From NCBI GenBank assembly GCA_041650595.1, contig JBAZKW010000011.1, positions 116 to 64,115 on the forward strand: a stretch of DNA of 64,000 nucleotides. The letters are read 5' to 3'. The DNA comes from Candidatus Margulisiibacteriota bacterium (GTDB taxonomy: Bacteria; Margulisbacteria; WOR-1; JAKLHX01). Both the position numbers and the translations under genes were made by a program. Shown piece after piece: positions 47,433-59,200 of the stretch. Below the pieces are notes generated by a model, which saw only the letters and a list, made by a program, of their open reading frames with translations, searched no databases and was not told the origin of the DNA. Every line of letters starts with the position of its first letter. Positions within the stretch are counted from its first letter, which is position 1.

Positions 47433-47461
47433 GTCCCTTAATCCCCTTTAATAAAACAAAA

Positions 47462-47479
47462 AGTGGGTATACTCCCACT
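47462..47479 (-). promoter_or_regulatory. Leader hairpin AGTGGGagtataCCCACT followed by TTTTTGTTTT, upstream of nusA
   Basis: 6-bp stem plus a U-run between the predicted nusA promoter and start codon. Possible attenuator. Confidence 0.35.
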
Positions 47480-47508
47480 GGTTTTAGCCGCCTGATTCAA
47501 TTAGTTTT

Positions 47509-47537
47509 ATAATATCATATGCTACCCGGGTTGGCAA
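47509..47537 (-). promoter_or_regulatory. nusA promoter TTGCCA-N17-TATTAT
   Basis: Read on the minus strand. Confidence 0.5.
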
Positions 47538-47553
47538 GAGGTAAAAAAACAGG

Positions 47554-47593
47554 GGCGGTCGCCGCAGCGACCGCCCTCTACAATGATGACAAC
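47554..47593 (-). terminator. groEL rho-independent terminator (also carries the family B flank TGTAGAGG)
   Basis: Minus strand: TGTAGAGGGCGGTCGCtgcgGCGACCGCCCCT followed by GTTTTTTT. Confidence 0.8.
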
Positions 47594-47600
47594 GGAGGTT

Positions 47601-49256
<1,656 letters not shown>

Positions 49257-49274
49257 TCACTCCCCTTCTTGTTT

Positions 49275-49568
49275 TTAGTTTTTTACTGCCAATATATCCC
49301 TCTCCTGAAGGATGATATATTCTTCGTTGTCCAATTTTACTTCGGTCCCGCCGTATTTGGCGTAGATCACCTTGTCCCCGACTTTTACTTCAACAGGGAC
49401 TCTCTGGCCGTTGTCAAATATTCTTCCCAGGCCTACCGCTATAACTGTCCCCATCTGGGGCTTTTCTTTCGCGGTATCCGGCAGCACAATGCCGCTTTGG
49501 GTCTTTTCTTCGGACGGCTCCTGCTTTACGACCACCCTGTCTCCGAGCGGCCTCAAATTCTTCGCCAT
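49275..49568 (-). CDS. groS: Co-chaperonin GroES
   Basis: Start reset to the ATG at 49568 ([14 protein letters not shown]), 8 nt after GGAAGGAGG. The track extension covers the promoter and CIRCE region. Confidence 0.95.
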   Translation of the reverse strand: MAKNLRPLGDRVVVKQEPSEEKTQSGIVLPDTAKEKPQMGTVIAVGLGRIFDNGQRVPVEVKVGDKVIYAKYGGTEVKLDNEEYIILQERDILAVKN

Positions 49569-49613
49569 TTTCTTCCGACCTCCTTCCGACCGTATTTTTT
49601 TAACCTGCAAATA

Positions 49614-49642
49614 AGTATACCAACTGCTTAGCACTCTGTCAA
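49614..49642 (-). promoter_or_regulatory. groES promoter TTGACA-N17-TATACT overlapping CIRCE
   Basis: The -35 lies in the CIRCE spacer. Confidence 0.6.
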
Positions 49643-49654
49643 GGGGAGTGCTAA
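49628..49654. promoter_or_regulatory. CIRCE element (HrcA operator) TTAGCACTC-N9-GAGTGCTAA
   Basis: Perfect match to the consensus, upstream of groES. Confidence 0.95.
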
Positions 49655-49658
49655 AGAA

Positions 49659-49773
49659 AGTGCTGAAGCGCAGAAGATCTGAAGCAGGGCAGAAATTCAA
49701 AATCACATTAAACTAAAGCAGACACCTCATCAATTATTACTTCAGCACTTCAGAGCTTCAGTTCTTCAGCGCT
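49659..49773. repeat. CTGAAG/CTTCAG 8-nt-period inverted array (family C)
   Basis: CTGAAGcgCAGAAGatCTGAAG, a roughly 55-nt spacer, then CTTCAGcaCTTCAGagCTTCAGttCTTCAG. It shares the CTTCAGcaCTTCAGagCTTCAG string with the lexA copy. Confidence 0.7.
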
Positions 49774-49780
49774 ATCGTGC

Positions 49781-49786
49781 TATAAT
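49781..49786 (+). promoter_or_regulatory. TATAAT -10 box 6 nt upstream of the glk ATG (leaderless arrangement)
   Basis: gcTATAATttctccATG. No SD. Confidence 0.5.
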
Positions 49787-49792
49787 TTCTCC

Positions 49793-50671
49793 ATGAAAAA
49801 GCTCATTGCCGGAGTAGATCTTGGCGGAACAAAAATATCCGCTGCGGTAGCATCTGCCGACGGAAAATTACTTGCCATAGAGACCATCCCTACTCTTGCT
49901 CACCTGGGAGTTAGTAAAGTCACTGACAGGATCGCCTTTGCTGTGAAATCCGCCTGCAAAAAAGCAGGGGTAACAATGAAGCAGATAAAATGTATAGGCA
50001 TAGGAGCTCCCGGGCCTGTGGATCCAAAGACTGGATATGTAAATAACCCCCCAAATCTGAAAGGATGGAAAAGGGTCAACTTAAAGAAAATAATGGCAAA
50101 AAAGCTCGGGAAAAAGATAATTCTGGAGAATGATGCCAATTGTGCGGCTCTAGCCGAGCTTAATTTTGGGGCCGGCCGCAGGTTCAATACCTTTATATAT
50201 GTTACGCTGAGCACGGGCATAGGCGGCGGAATAGTCATAGACAAAAAACTCTATACCGGTTTTTCCGGTTCAGCCGGCGAGGTTGGACATACAGTTATAG
50301 ATATTGACGGCCCAAAATGTACATGCGGAAAACGAGGACATCTGGAAGGACTTGCGGCAGGTCCTGCCGTAGAAAAAAGGTCCAAAATGTCGCCTGAAAA
50401 GCTTGGGGCATTGGCAAGAAAAGGCAACAAAAAAGCGTTAAAAGAAATCGACTATACAGGGCACCTAATTGGCCTTGGTTTTTCTAATATCGTGAATATT
50501 ATGAACCCCGAAGCTATAATAGTGGGCGGAGGCCTAACAAACCTGGGGAAACCTTTGTTTGAGGCAATTAAAACTACGGTAAAAGAAAACGCTCTTGCTG
50601 CGGTAAAGATCATTCCTGCACATCTTAAGAAAAATGTCGGGGTTATTGGAGCGGTAGCACTATGTCTATAG
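49793..50671 (+). CDS. glk: ROK-family glucokinase
   Basis: GVDLGGTKI and ROK zinc motif GHTVIDIDGPKCTCGKRGHLE. Confidence 0.85.
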   Translation: MKKLIAGVDLGGTKISAAVASADGKLLAIETIPTLAHLGVSKVTDRIAFAVKSACKKAGVTMKQIKCIGIGAPGPVDPKTGYVNNPPNLKGWKRVNLKKIMAKKLGKKIILENDANCAALAELNFGAGRRFNTFIYVTLSTGIGGGIVIDKKLYTGFSGSAGEVGHTVIDIDGPKCTCGKRGHLEGLAAGPAVEKRSKMSPEKLGALARKGNKKALKEIDYTGHLIGLGFSNIVNIMNPEAIIVGGGLTNLGKPLFEAIKTTVKENALAAVKIIPAHLKKNVGVIGAVALCL

Positions 50672-51282
50672 CTATAATTGATTACGGGGCCGGTAATCTA
50701 AGGAGCGTACAAAAGGCGCTCGAAAAACTCGGATTCTCTTCATTTATTACCAAAGACAAAGCTGCGGTCATTTCTTCACATGGGATCATTCTTCCCGGGG
50801 TCGGAGCTTTTGACAGCGCATTAAAAGAACTTCGGTCGCTCGGCATAGACAGTCTTTTGAAATCGCAGATAGAAGAAGGGAAACCTTTTCTGGGACTTTG
50901 TCTGGGCATGCAGGTGCTATTTGAAGAAAGCGAAGAAGGCCGCGAAAAAGGACTTGGCCTGATAAAAGGCAGGGTAAAAAAATTCTCTTTTACAAAGGAC
51001 ACCGCCTTAAAAGTCCCTCACATGGGTTGGAACAACCTTTTGATCAAACAACCCGCATGCCCTATCATGAAAAACATACCCCAGAACGTTAAAGTATATT
51101 TTGTGCATTCATACTACTGCGAGCCTCAGAACTCGATCGACATGCTTACAGAGACTGATTACGGTTTAAAGTTCGCTTCTTCCGTGAGCCGGGACAATCT
51201 TTTCGCCCTGCAGTTCCATCCGGAAAAAAGCGGCGAGATAGGCCTTGAGATACTCAAAAACTTCGGAGGACTGTGCAAATGA
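50662..51282 (+). CDS. hisH: Imidazole glycerol phosphate synthase glutaminase subunit
   Basis: Class I amidotransferase GLCLGMQ nucleophile. 206 aa. Confidence 0.9.
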   Translation: MSIAIIDYGAGNLRSVQKALEKLGFSSFITKDKAAVISSHGIILPGVGAFDSALKELRSLGIDSLLKSQIEEGKPFLGLCLGMQVLFEESEEGREKGLGLIKGRVKKFSFTKDTALKVPHMGWNNLLIKQPACPIMKNIPQNVKVYFVHSYYCEPQNSIDMLTETDYGLKFASSVSRDNLFALQFHPEKSGEIGLEILKNFGGLCK

Positions 51283-51986
51283 GATTTGTTGTGATCCCCG
51301 CTGTGGATATTTTGGGCGGCAAATGCGTCCGTCTCGAAAAAGGCGACTACGAAAAGGTAACAGTGTATTCCGAAGATCCCGTTTCAATGGCAAAAAAGTG
51401 GCAGGACCAGGGATATAAAAGGCTCCATCTGGTAGATCTTGACGGTGCCAGAGAAGGTATCCCCAGAAATATTAAATTTATAAAGGCGATCGCCGCGGCT
51501 GTATCCGTCCCGGTCCAGGTAGGCGGCGGAATAAGGCAGATAGACACGATAAGAGAGCTTTTCGAAAGCGGCGTGAACAGGGTCATCTTGGGCACCGTGG
51601 CATTTGAGAATCTAAGTTTCATCAAGACGGTGTGCGAGCTTTTTGGAGAGAATATTGCAGTCAGCATAGACGCAAAAAAAGATATTGTACTCACAAAAGG
51701 CTGGCTCGAAACGACATCGTTGAAAGCCGTGGAGGCGGCCAAAAAACTGGTTTCTATGGGTATAAAACGCTTTGTCTATACCGATATTTCGCGTGACGGG
51801 ATGATGGCCGGACCCAATATTAAAGGCATCAAGCAGTTTGCCTCCTCCGTAAACGCTTCCGTGATAGCGTCCGGGGGTGTTACCACCGGCCAGGATATAG
51901 AAAAACTTTCCAAGCTGGGAAAGAATATCGAGGGTTGTATAGTGGGAAAAGCATTGTACGAGGGAAAAATAAAAATAGATGAATAA
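51273..51986 (+). CDS. hisA: ProFAR isomerase
   Basis: IPAVDILGGKCVRL and VGGGIR motifs. 237 aa. Confidence 0.9.
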   Translation: MQMRFVVIPAVDILGGKCVRLEKGDYEKVTVYSEDPVSMAKKWQDQGYKRLHLVDLDGAREGIPRNIKFIKAIAAAVSVPVQVGGGIRQIDTIRELFESGVNRVILGTVAFENLSFIKTVCELFGENIAVSIDAKKDIVLTKGWLETTSLKAVEAAKKLVSMGIKRFVYTDISRDGMMAGPNIKGIKQFASSVNASVIASGGVTTGQDIEKLSKLGKNIEGCIVGKALYEGKIKIDE

Positions 51987-52638
51987 AAACGAAGATTTTC
52001 AAACCGAGCAAAACCTGCACAAGGTAAAGCAAGTGATCGAATATGCGAAGCAAAAAGACGTGGTATATAATGCAAAACAATTCGAATCTGGTTATCATTC
52101 TTTACATCTGGGCGATCAATACCTCCGCGGCCAAAGGGAATGCAGGGAAAGACTCGACAAACTGAATTATGATTTTTCCGGCAAAAATGTTCTCGACATC
52201 GGCACAAATATAGGGGGAATGCTCTTTTCGATACAAAAGGAGATAAACTACGGCATTGGAATAGACAATGAACCAAAATATATTAATGCGGCAAATTCCA
52301 TAAAAAGATATAACGGATATAAAAATATCGACTTTTTTCTGCTGGATCTGCAGATAGATCCTCTCGATATTCTGGACAATCTTATATTAGTTGGAAATAT
52401 TGATATTATATTCTTGCTTTCGGTATGCATGTGGATAGATAATTGGAAAGACATCATCTTATACTGCAGCAAAAAAGCTCCGGACCTCTTTTTTGAAACG
52501 AATGGAACAAACCAGCAGCAACTTGCGCAGATCGATATGTTGAAGAAGTTTTATAGGAAAATATCTGTCGTAAACATGTATTCCGATGATGATTCCGGAC
52601 AAATTAACAGGAGCACCCTTTTTTGCTCAAATAAGTAA
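51979..52638 (+). CDS. Class I SAM-dependent methyltransferase
   Basis: Motif I VLDIGTNIGGM. Confidence 0.65.
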   Translation: MNKNEDFQTEQNLHKVKQVIEYAKQKDVVYNAKQFESGYHSLHLGDQYLRGQRECRERLDKLNYDFSGKNVLDIGTNIGGMLFSIQKEINYGIGIDNEPKYINAANSIKRYNGYKNIDFFLLDLQIDPLDILDNLILVGNIDIIFLLSVCMWIDNWKDIILYCSKKAPDLFFETNGTNQQQLAQIDMLKKFYRKISVVNMYSDDDSGQINRSTLFCSNK

Positions 52639-52687
52639 GTCCGCCATCTAATCATGGCTTTTTCTGCTTGAAATGAATTAAATTTCC

Positions 52688-53779
52688 GTGTTAAACTTCA
52701 ATAAAATGTTGCAATTCGGACCAGCAGATAATGCATCCTTGATAAAACAGGCTGTAGAAAGTTGTCTGCATTCCCATTTTCAAAAAGATGAGATATCTAA
52801 CCCGAAAGCAAAAATACTGCCCATTAGGAGTTCCGGTCCAGATTCTTGCATATCCGTTCTTTTATTTTCCGCCAACAGGCCTGTCCTAGTGATCAAGATG
52901 CCAAGGATCAGACATAGAAAAATAGCCAACACCTCTATTGAAAACGAGTTTAAGATTCTCTCATTATTGAGTCGGAAAGGCCAGATATCATCACATGTAC
53001 CGAAAATAATTGATATGCTTAAAATAGACGGGGAGAATCTGCTTGTGACCAAGTTTATAGAAGGCACAATGTTAAATGAGGTGATCGATAACGAACTAGG
53101 CCCCAAAGAGTTTGATAAATATTCTTTTCAAGCAACAAAGATACTGTTGCTGATGAAAAAAAAGAGTGTTTTATCCTCGACTCAAGTAAACAAGACTTTC
53201 ATAGACAATAACGTGACATCTCCCGCCAAAAAGGCAGGTGAATATTTTCCACAGCATTTAAATCGCATGCAAAACTTCCTCAATAGTTTTTTTATATTTT
53301 ATCAACCTTCTGGGGAAATGCTCGCAAGCTGTATGTATCATGCGGATTTTAATCCATGGAATATTCTTTTTGAAAAGAACGGCAATCAAAGGATACTAGA
53401 CTGGGAAGATGCTTCGGAAGATGGTTTGCCAATGTTAGATCTTTATAACTTTTTCACAATACTTTTCAGGATTGCGATTATAGGCGAATCTCTAGATGCA
53501 AAGAATCGACCGATAGAAGCCAAGATCCTGAGGGCTGAATCCGTTATTAGTGCTTATCAGTCCTGCTCAAAAGAATACAAAAGCTTATTTGGTTTGAGCG
53601 ATGAACTTTCAGACCTTTTGTTTTTGATCTATGCATTAAAAAGCGTGCTCTTTTTTGTAACAACAAAGAGAAATGCTTTTGCTTATGCCGAAAATTGGTT
53701 GACCATGCTTTCAAACAACTATTCGAAAGGCTTTTTTGAACAATACATGAAAAGGACAGTCCAATCGTTCAAGGGATAA
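52688..53779 (+). CDS. Aminoglycoside/choline-kinase-like phosphotransferase
   Basis: Brenner motif YHADFNPWNIL and ILDWEDA. The start is uncertain (GTG at 52688 or ATG at 52706). Confidence 0.65.
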   Translation: MLNFNKMLQFGPADNASLIKQAVESCLHSHFQKDEISNPKAKILPIRSSGPDSCISVLLFSANRPVLVIKMPRIRHRKIANTSIENEFKILSLLSRKGQISSHVPKIIDMLKIDGENLLVTKFIEGTMLNEVIDNELGPKEFDKYSFQATKILLLMKKKSVLSSTQVNKTFIDNNVTSPAKKAGEYFPQHLNRMQNFLNSFFIFYQPSGEMLASCMYHADFNPWNILFEKNGNQRILDWEDASEDGLPMLDLYNFFTILFRIAIIGESLDAKNRPIEAKILRAESVISAYQSCSKEYKSLFGLSDELSDLLFLIYALKSVLFFVTTKRNAFAYAENWLTMLSNNYSKGFFEQYMKRTVQSFKG

Positions 53780-53783
53780 AACG

Positions 53784-54890
53784 ATGCAAATAGTATTTGT
53801 ATATTTTTGGCTGGATTTTGATGGTGATACGCTAAAAGACCGTCCGCTGGGAGGAGTCGAAACAAGCATTGTTATTATGGCAAAAGAGCTTGCAAAGCTG
53901 GGTTTTAGCGTAACTGTATTCAATAAATGCAGCCGTCCGGGAGTTTATGATGGCGTTATATATAGCAACACAGAAAAACTTCAAGATTATCTGCTAACAA
54001 ACAACATAGACATACTAATTGAAGTCCGCTCTGCCACAATTTTAGGGTGCGGCGGCCTGCGCATTAAGCGCAGAATATTTTGGTCGGGAGATCCGATCGT
54101 CTTTTTCGATGAGGCAAGAAAGAACCTGCGCAGGAGCGCAGTTCAATCTGTTATTGATAAATACTTTTTCGTGAGTAAATGGCAGGCCAATTCCTATCAA
54201 CAGAATTATAATCTTGAAATAAATAAAATATTTGTTACCAGAAACGGTTTCGAAAAAGAACTTATAGACGAAAAAAACATAGAAGCCTGCGATCATAGAA
54301 TGATTTACGCAAGCGTTCCGGATCGCGGGCTCGCATTGCTCGAACATATTTTTCCGCTTATAAAGAAAACTGTACCGGAAGCTGAGCTGCATGTCTTTAG
54401 CGGATATGAACACTATCAAATGAATGAGGCTGATATAAAACGCGTAATTGGAGATCTCTTTGTCAGACTTTCAAAGATCGACGGGGTATTTTTACATAAA
54501 GTTGTGAGCAGAAAGGAATTAATGGCTGAATTCAAAAACAGTTCATTTCTCATTTATCCTTGTACTGCTCTTGAAACATCGTGCATGGTTGCAATTGAAG
54601 CTCAGGCATGCGGGATACCGGTACTAGCAAGCTCATTAGGCGGACTTCCAGAAACCGTTCAGGACGGCAAAACAGGAATAATAGTCCCCGGTTCTCCGGA
54701 AAGTCAAGACTTTATTACTAAATTTGCTGAAGAAGCTATTAAACTAATACAAGACAAGGAACTAAGAGATGATCTTGGAGCAAATGCAAAAAAGCGCATG
54801 TTTGACAATTATCAATGGACAAAGATTGCTAAGGAATGGGAAGCAGTTCTTTCCAATATTTTGCAATTGTCAGAAGTGAAACACAACTGA
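53784..54890 (+). CDS. GT4-family (GT-B) glycosyltransferase
   Basis: GGVETSIV N-terminus, E-x7-E motif ETSCMVAIE, GGLPETVQDGKTGIIV. Confidence 0.8.
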   Translation: MQIVFVYFWLDFDGDTLKDRPLGGVETSIVIMAKELAKLGFSVTVFNKCSRPGVYDGVIYSNTEKLQDYLLTNNIDILIEVRSATILGCGGLRIKRRIFWSGDPIVFFDEARKNLRRSAVQSVIDKYFFVSKWQANSYQQNYNLEINKIFVTRNGFEKELIDEKNIEACDHRMIYASVPDRGLALLEHIFPLIKKTVPEAELHVFSGYEHYQMNEADIKRVIGDLFVRLSKIDGVFLHKVVSRKELMAEFKNSSFLIYPCTALETSCMVAIEAQACGIPVLASSLGGLPETVQDGKTGIIVPGSPESQDFITKFAEEAIKLIQDKELRDDLGANAKKRMFDNYQWTKIAKEWEAVLSNILQLSEVKHN

Positions 54891-54909
54891 TAGAATACCG
54901 AATGATTGA

Positions 54910-56064
54910 CTAAGGCATCCCTCTGATTATTTCTAGAGTCTTGATTATATCAAGCATCTGCGCCATATCAATATTGTCAGGTTTGTTCTTTAGTATTCCC
55001 TCGGCAAAAGATATAGCCGCGGCTTTGCCTATGGCTTTAAGAAGTGCCCTAATATGAAGAACATATATTAAAGAGCCCCATTTTTGTTCATTGAACATGA
55101 GAACGGGATGTTGAATTTTCGGGAGTTTTAACATTTGCTCTGTCAGCTCCAGCGCTTCCTCATATTTTCCCAATTTTATTAGTGCCATTGCCGCTGTATC
55201 GCAGGGCTCTAAGAACATCGGATCCAGCTTGATGGCCGCCAAAGCTTCGGCCAAAGCTTCTTCGCCGTGGCCGGATTCCAGAAGTATTTGAGCTTTCTTT
55301 GCCAGTGCGGCGTGCATAAAATATTTTTTTTGCCTGTCGGTCGATGCCTCTTTTTCACAGATAGAGACCGCCTGAGAATAGTAGCCCAGGGCTTCTTGTG
55401 GAAGTTTCATTTCGGAGTATCTCATGCCCAAAAGATACCGCACGGAATAATCTTCTCTATTTTCAGCCGCGATCTTTTTCAAAAGCTCGATCCTGGGTCC
55501 CATCTTTTTTTCCATAGCTTCGGCAGAAAGATGCAACCCCCAGTGGCAGATCCTGGCCCCAAGAAAATCAACAACGGAAACCTTTGTGTTTTCCGGGAAT
55601 ACCAACTGTTCATTGGCAGACTTTGTAAAACATGCGCCTTTGTTATTCCTGAATATTTTATCCCGCATATAAAAAGAATCGCCGTTTGTCTCTCCGTATT
55701 GGCATTCGTATATAGGGATACGGACAACATCGGCTTCTGTGCCATCCAAAAAGCCCCTGATCGCTTTAAATGAAAGCTCATCTATATATTCATCGGCATC
55801 CAGCCACAATATCCAGTCTTCTTTAGCTTTTGAGATAGAAAAATTCCTGGCATCGGCAAAATTGTTGTTCCACTTGAAATGATATATTTCAGCGCCTAAT
55901 TCTTTGGCAATATTAACAGTGCTGTCATCCGATCCCGTATCGACCAATATTACTTTGTCTGAATACTTTATATTATTGGAAATGGTTTTTGGCAGGCTTT
56001 CCTGTTCGTTCTTCACGATCATGCATATTGCAAGGCTTTTATTGTGCTTTTTTGCTAAATCCAT
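54910..56064 (-). CDS. GT2-family glycosyltransferase fused to TPR repeats
   Basis: CMIVKNE...VDTGSDD...LDADE (DxD), followed by TPR-like helical repeats. Confidence 0.8.
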   Translation of the reverse strand: MDLAKKHNKSLAICMIVKNEQESLPKTISNNIKYSDKVILVDTGSDDSTVNIAKELGAEIYHFKWNNNFADARNFSISKAKEDWILWLDADEYIDELSFKAIRGFLDGTEADVVRIPIYECQYGETNGDSFYMRDKIFRNNKGACFTKSANEQLVFPENTKVSVVDFLGARICHWGLHLSAEAMEKKMGPRIELLKKIAAENREDYSVRYLLGMRYSEMKLPQEALGYYSQAVSICEKEASTDRQKKYFMHAALAKKAQILLESGHGEEALAEALAAIKLDPMFLEPCDTAAMALIKLGKYEEALELTEQMLKLPKIQHPVLMFNEQKWGSLIYVLHIRALLKAIGKAAAISFAEGILKNKPDNIDMAQMLDIIKTLEIIRGMP

Positions 56065-56142
56065 GCTCTTATTATATATTACTGATGTATTTATACAACC
56101 TTAAGAACGATGAATGCATAGAATAACGGCTTAAAACGAAAA

Positions 56143-56167
56143 CAGCCCCGATAAAACATCGGGGCTG
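56143..56167 (-). terminator. Rho-independent terminator of the giant ORF
   Basis: Minus strand: CAGCCCCGatgttttatCGGGGCTG followed by TTTTCGTTTT. Confidence 0.7.
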
Positions 56168-56204
56168 ACAAAGAAAACACCCACACTATTTACGGCTAAA
56201 ATAA

Positions 56205-59200
56205 TTAATTCCCGTGTCTTTTACTATTCCAGTACTTCTTTACATCCTCCAGATTAACACCCTGTTCATGACATCTCCTGTAGCATTCAACCAACAGAGG
56301 ATGTCCTGCAACAAATGGTGCCGTCTGATGAAAGAACCCTGCACCTTTCTTTTCCGCCGGGTCTAAAGGAACATCAAGCATATGGTGAACACCGGATATC
56401 GCGCTGCCTCCTACTTTTTCGGCCAGGTAAGCCATCATTATAAGTTCATACCATGGTCGCAACCTGCCCCTTGCCCTTGATTCATCCGCAGTATATCCGT
56501 AAACAGAAAACGGCGTAGTCAATATTCTGTGTGTATCAACTGTACCTGCTCCGGTCCATGCTAATTCAGCGCCTTCTTTTTCGAGCAAAAATTTTGTAAA
56601 TTCCCATATCGCCGTGGGCCTCCACTGTGAGGGAGCGCCGCCCAGAGCGATGATCGGCCGTGCATTACTTGACTCCTGAACGCGTGTAATATGCCCCATT
56701 TTGCGGAACACCCCGTGCCTGTCAAGCATAAACTGCTCGACTCCATCTCCCCACTTTGAAGCCACAAAAAGCTGTTCGGTATATCCGTGATTTACCATCG
56801 CAACAGCTTCGAGCATGTCTCTGCCTGTTTTGCCTCTCAAAATTTCCGGAAGGAATTCGGGATTGTGCGGAAGTCGATCTCGCTTATCCTTTATTTGCGC
56901 AATATTACCCGCATCAAGAGGAACTCTGTACAAGCTAAGGAATGTGCCAAGCGACTGCAGTGCAGCGAATGTTGATGTTCCGTCAAGCGAATCTAATCCC
57001 CCTACAAGCATGCCATTAAGTTTTAAAGCTTCTATCATATTACCGACAAAAATACGGTCCTGTTCCTCGCCTCCGTGGAATGATAGTAAAGCTTTGGCAA
57101 GCGGACCTATCGGGTGTGCCGGATCATGAAGAGCCTTCATTATAGATTCATGAACAGCCGTTTCGCCTCTAGGATTATATGCAATGGCGGTAAACAGCTG
57201 CTCGGTCAGCCAATCGACATATTCTTGGGTATCTCCTGCAAAGTTTGCTACTCCGTGCGGAGCTTCAAGGGAAGCCCAAGGGAATAAAAGCCTGAAAACA
57301 GCAGCCATTGTCGGAACTACTCCAAGGATTCTTCGTATATCTCCGGGCATACCGGCACCTTTCATTGCTGTAAGATAATCACATAATGACTGATTCCTTC
57401 TGTTTACCTCAATGGTATGATGAAAAGCAAATTCATCAGATGATACCCTTACATTTTTAGTGACAGGCTTTGCCTTGATATCCCCGGAAGGCGCAAGCTT
57501 TTCAGTCATCCTTTCCACAGGCTCCTTAGCTCCGCACACCACAACATATTTTGCGCTGGAATTGAACAGATCATCACTGGACAGTTCTTTAACAAAATCC
57601 GCACCTGATTTCTTTGTTCCGTCGTCGCTTATCACGCATATCGCGCCCGCGGAATTTTCTACAATATGATAAAGAGAAAGGATATCTAGTGCTGAAGCGG
57701 TCGATATTGAAGATCCTCCATTAATAGCCATTTCATAATCGGTCGCGATAGGTATATAGCGTTCGCGCATCTTGACATCTTTTCTTTCCAGCATTGCCAT
57801 GATTATGGGCTGAACCGCAGGCGGATAATCCGAAATAGCCCCCAAAACGGCAAATTGCGAACCTGTTGTTTTCCTTTCCAGAACCGGCTCGTCTATGTCT
57901 CCTCTTCGCCGTTGGGCGATCGTTCCATCATGCATACGGATAAAATCCATAACTTTGAGCATATCGTCGCCCGGCTGCAGGGCAACGCACACTAATCCGT
58001 CGTTCAAAGAGTGATACATCACAAAAGTATTTACCAGATTCCCGGGAACAACATCCCCATCAAAGACAGAAACCGTTGAGACCATCATATTGTTGTCTCT
58101 TTCCACCAAATTATTGCCCTGGAGAGGATTGATAACCAATTGATATCTTCCATTGGGATTCTGGAATTCCGGACTTATGCTGTTGCTAAAATACACCCTA
58201 CCGATGTTATCAGCATCTGCAGTCAGCTTTATGCTATCTACCATTGCCTGCCTGACATTAGCCATCCTCTGGGCCGGATAACCAAATGTCCTAGTCGAAA
58301 GGTTTATTGTGTCCGCAGCAGCCGAGATCAGCGAGGAAATCGTACCGCTTATCGGGAAAATCGCCTTTGCTTGTCTTCCTAGTTCTGCATTTATCAGAAG
58401 GGCATGTTCTAATTTCCCGGCAACAACACCCTGCTGGCCGGAGTAGGAAGGCTGTTTCCTTGAGCGCAGTCCCAGGCACATCATTGCGCTCGCCGGCATC
58501 TGTAAAGTTGAGTACAGTAACTGACCAAGGATTGTTTCGTCAGCCCTATCCATTTGCATTCTCATCGAGGCATGTCCGTTTGCGGCCACCGCTTTTTCAA
58601 GGTCTTCCATTTCCCGCCTGTGCAGTTCGTCAATTTCTTTGTCGCCTGTGTCTTTCACCGAAACAAATGTAAAATATGACGGATTGGCAAGTAAAAGCGG
58701 CATTGTTCTTTTTGCCTCTTCATATCCAATAACTGTTGTATAAGTATCTACTCCAGGCTTGCCTCGCGATTCATTTTCCATTTGTTTAAAGTGGTCTACC
58801 AAACCGTCAAGACGAGGGTCCATCAAGACCATTACATTTGTCGGTGCTGTCTCTCCTAAATGCTTGTTCATCGCCCCCCATACTAATCCGACATTTTGGA
58901 GTACCAGATCAAGCACATCTTTGTTTTCTTCAAACAACTTTTTGTATGCGGCCAGCAATTGATCCCTTAGTCTTGCGGCATCGTCAGAGCTCCTTCTTGA
59001 CTCAAGCAGCAGCTCATCGATCTCCGTCAGCGCTGCCATGATCAATTTGCTCCGTTCTATCTGTTTATCAGGCTTATTAGGATCCTGAACTTTTTCTCTG
59101 ACTTTCGCGGACACGGCCGCCATATCTGTCTGCATCGCGGCAGCCCCTTTAAATAACGCTTCGGCATTATGCCCGGCTCTCTTCATCATCATTGCCATCC

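Noticed and set aside
45631-47451. 606-aa plus-strand ORF, with other long antisense ORFs at 47985-48926, 9065-9937, 1904-2713 and 62150-63049
   Set aside because: They lie antisense to clearly recognisable genes (infB/nusA, groEL, histidine kinase, porB). They have low-complexity Ser/Phe/Leu-rich composition and no start context. They are shadow ORFs.
49569-49706. N-terminal extensions of track ORFs: groES, ligA 42193-42231, dinB 25199-25243, the HExxH protein 26170-26295, pfp 34547-34561, the second activase-associated gene 16622-16759, and the giant ORF 61290-61307
   Set aside because: The extensions run through promoters, CIRCE or REP palindromes. In each case an internal ATG with a proper SD, or with a conserved N-terminus, is the better start.
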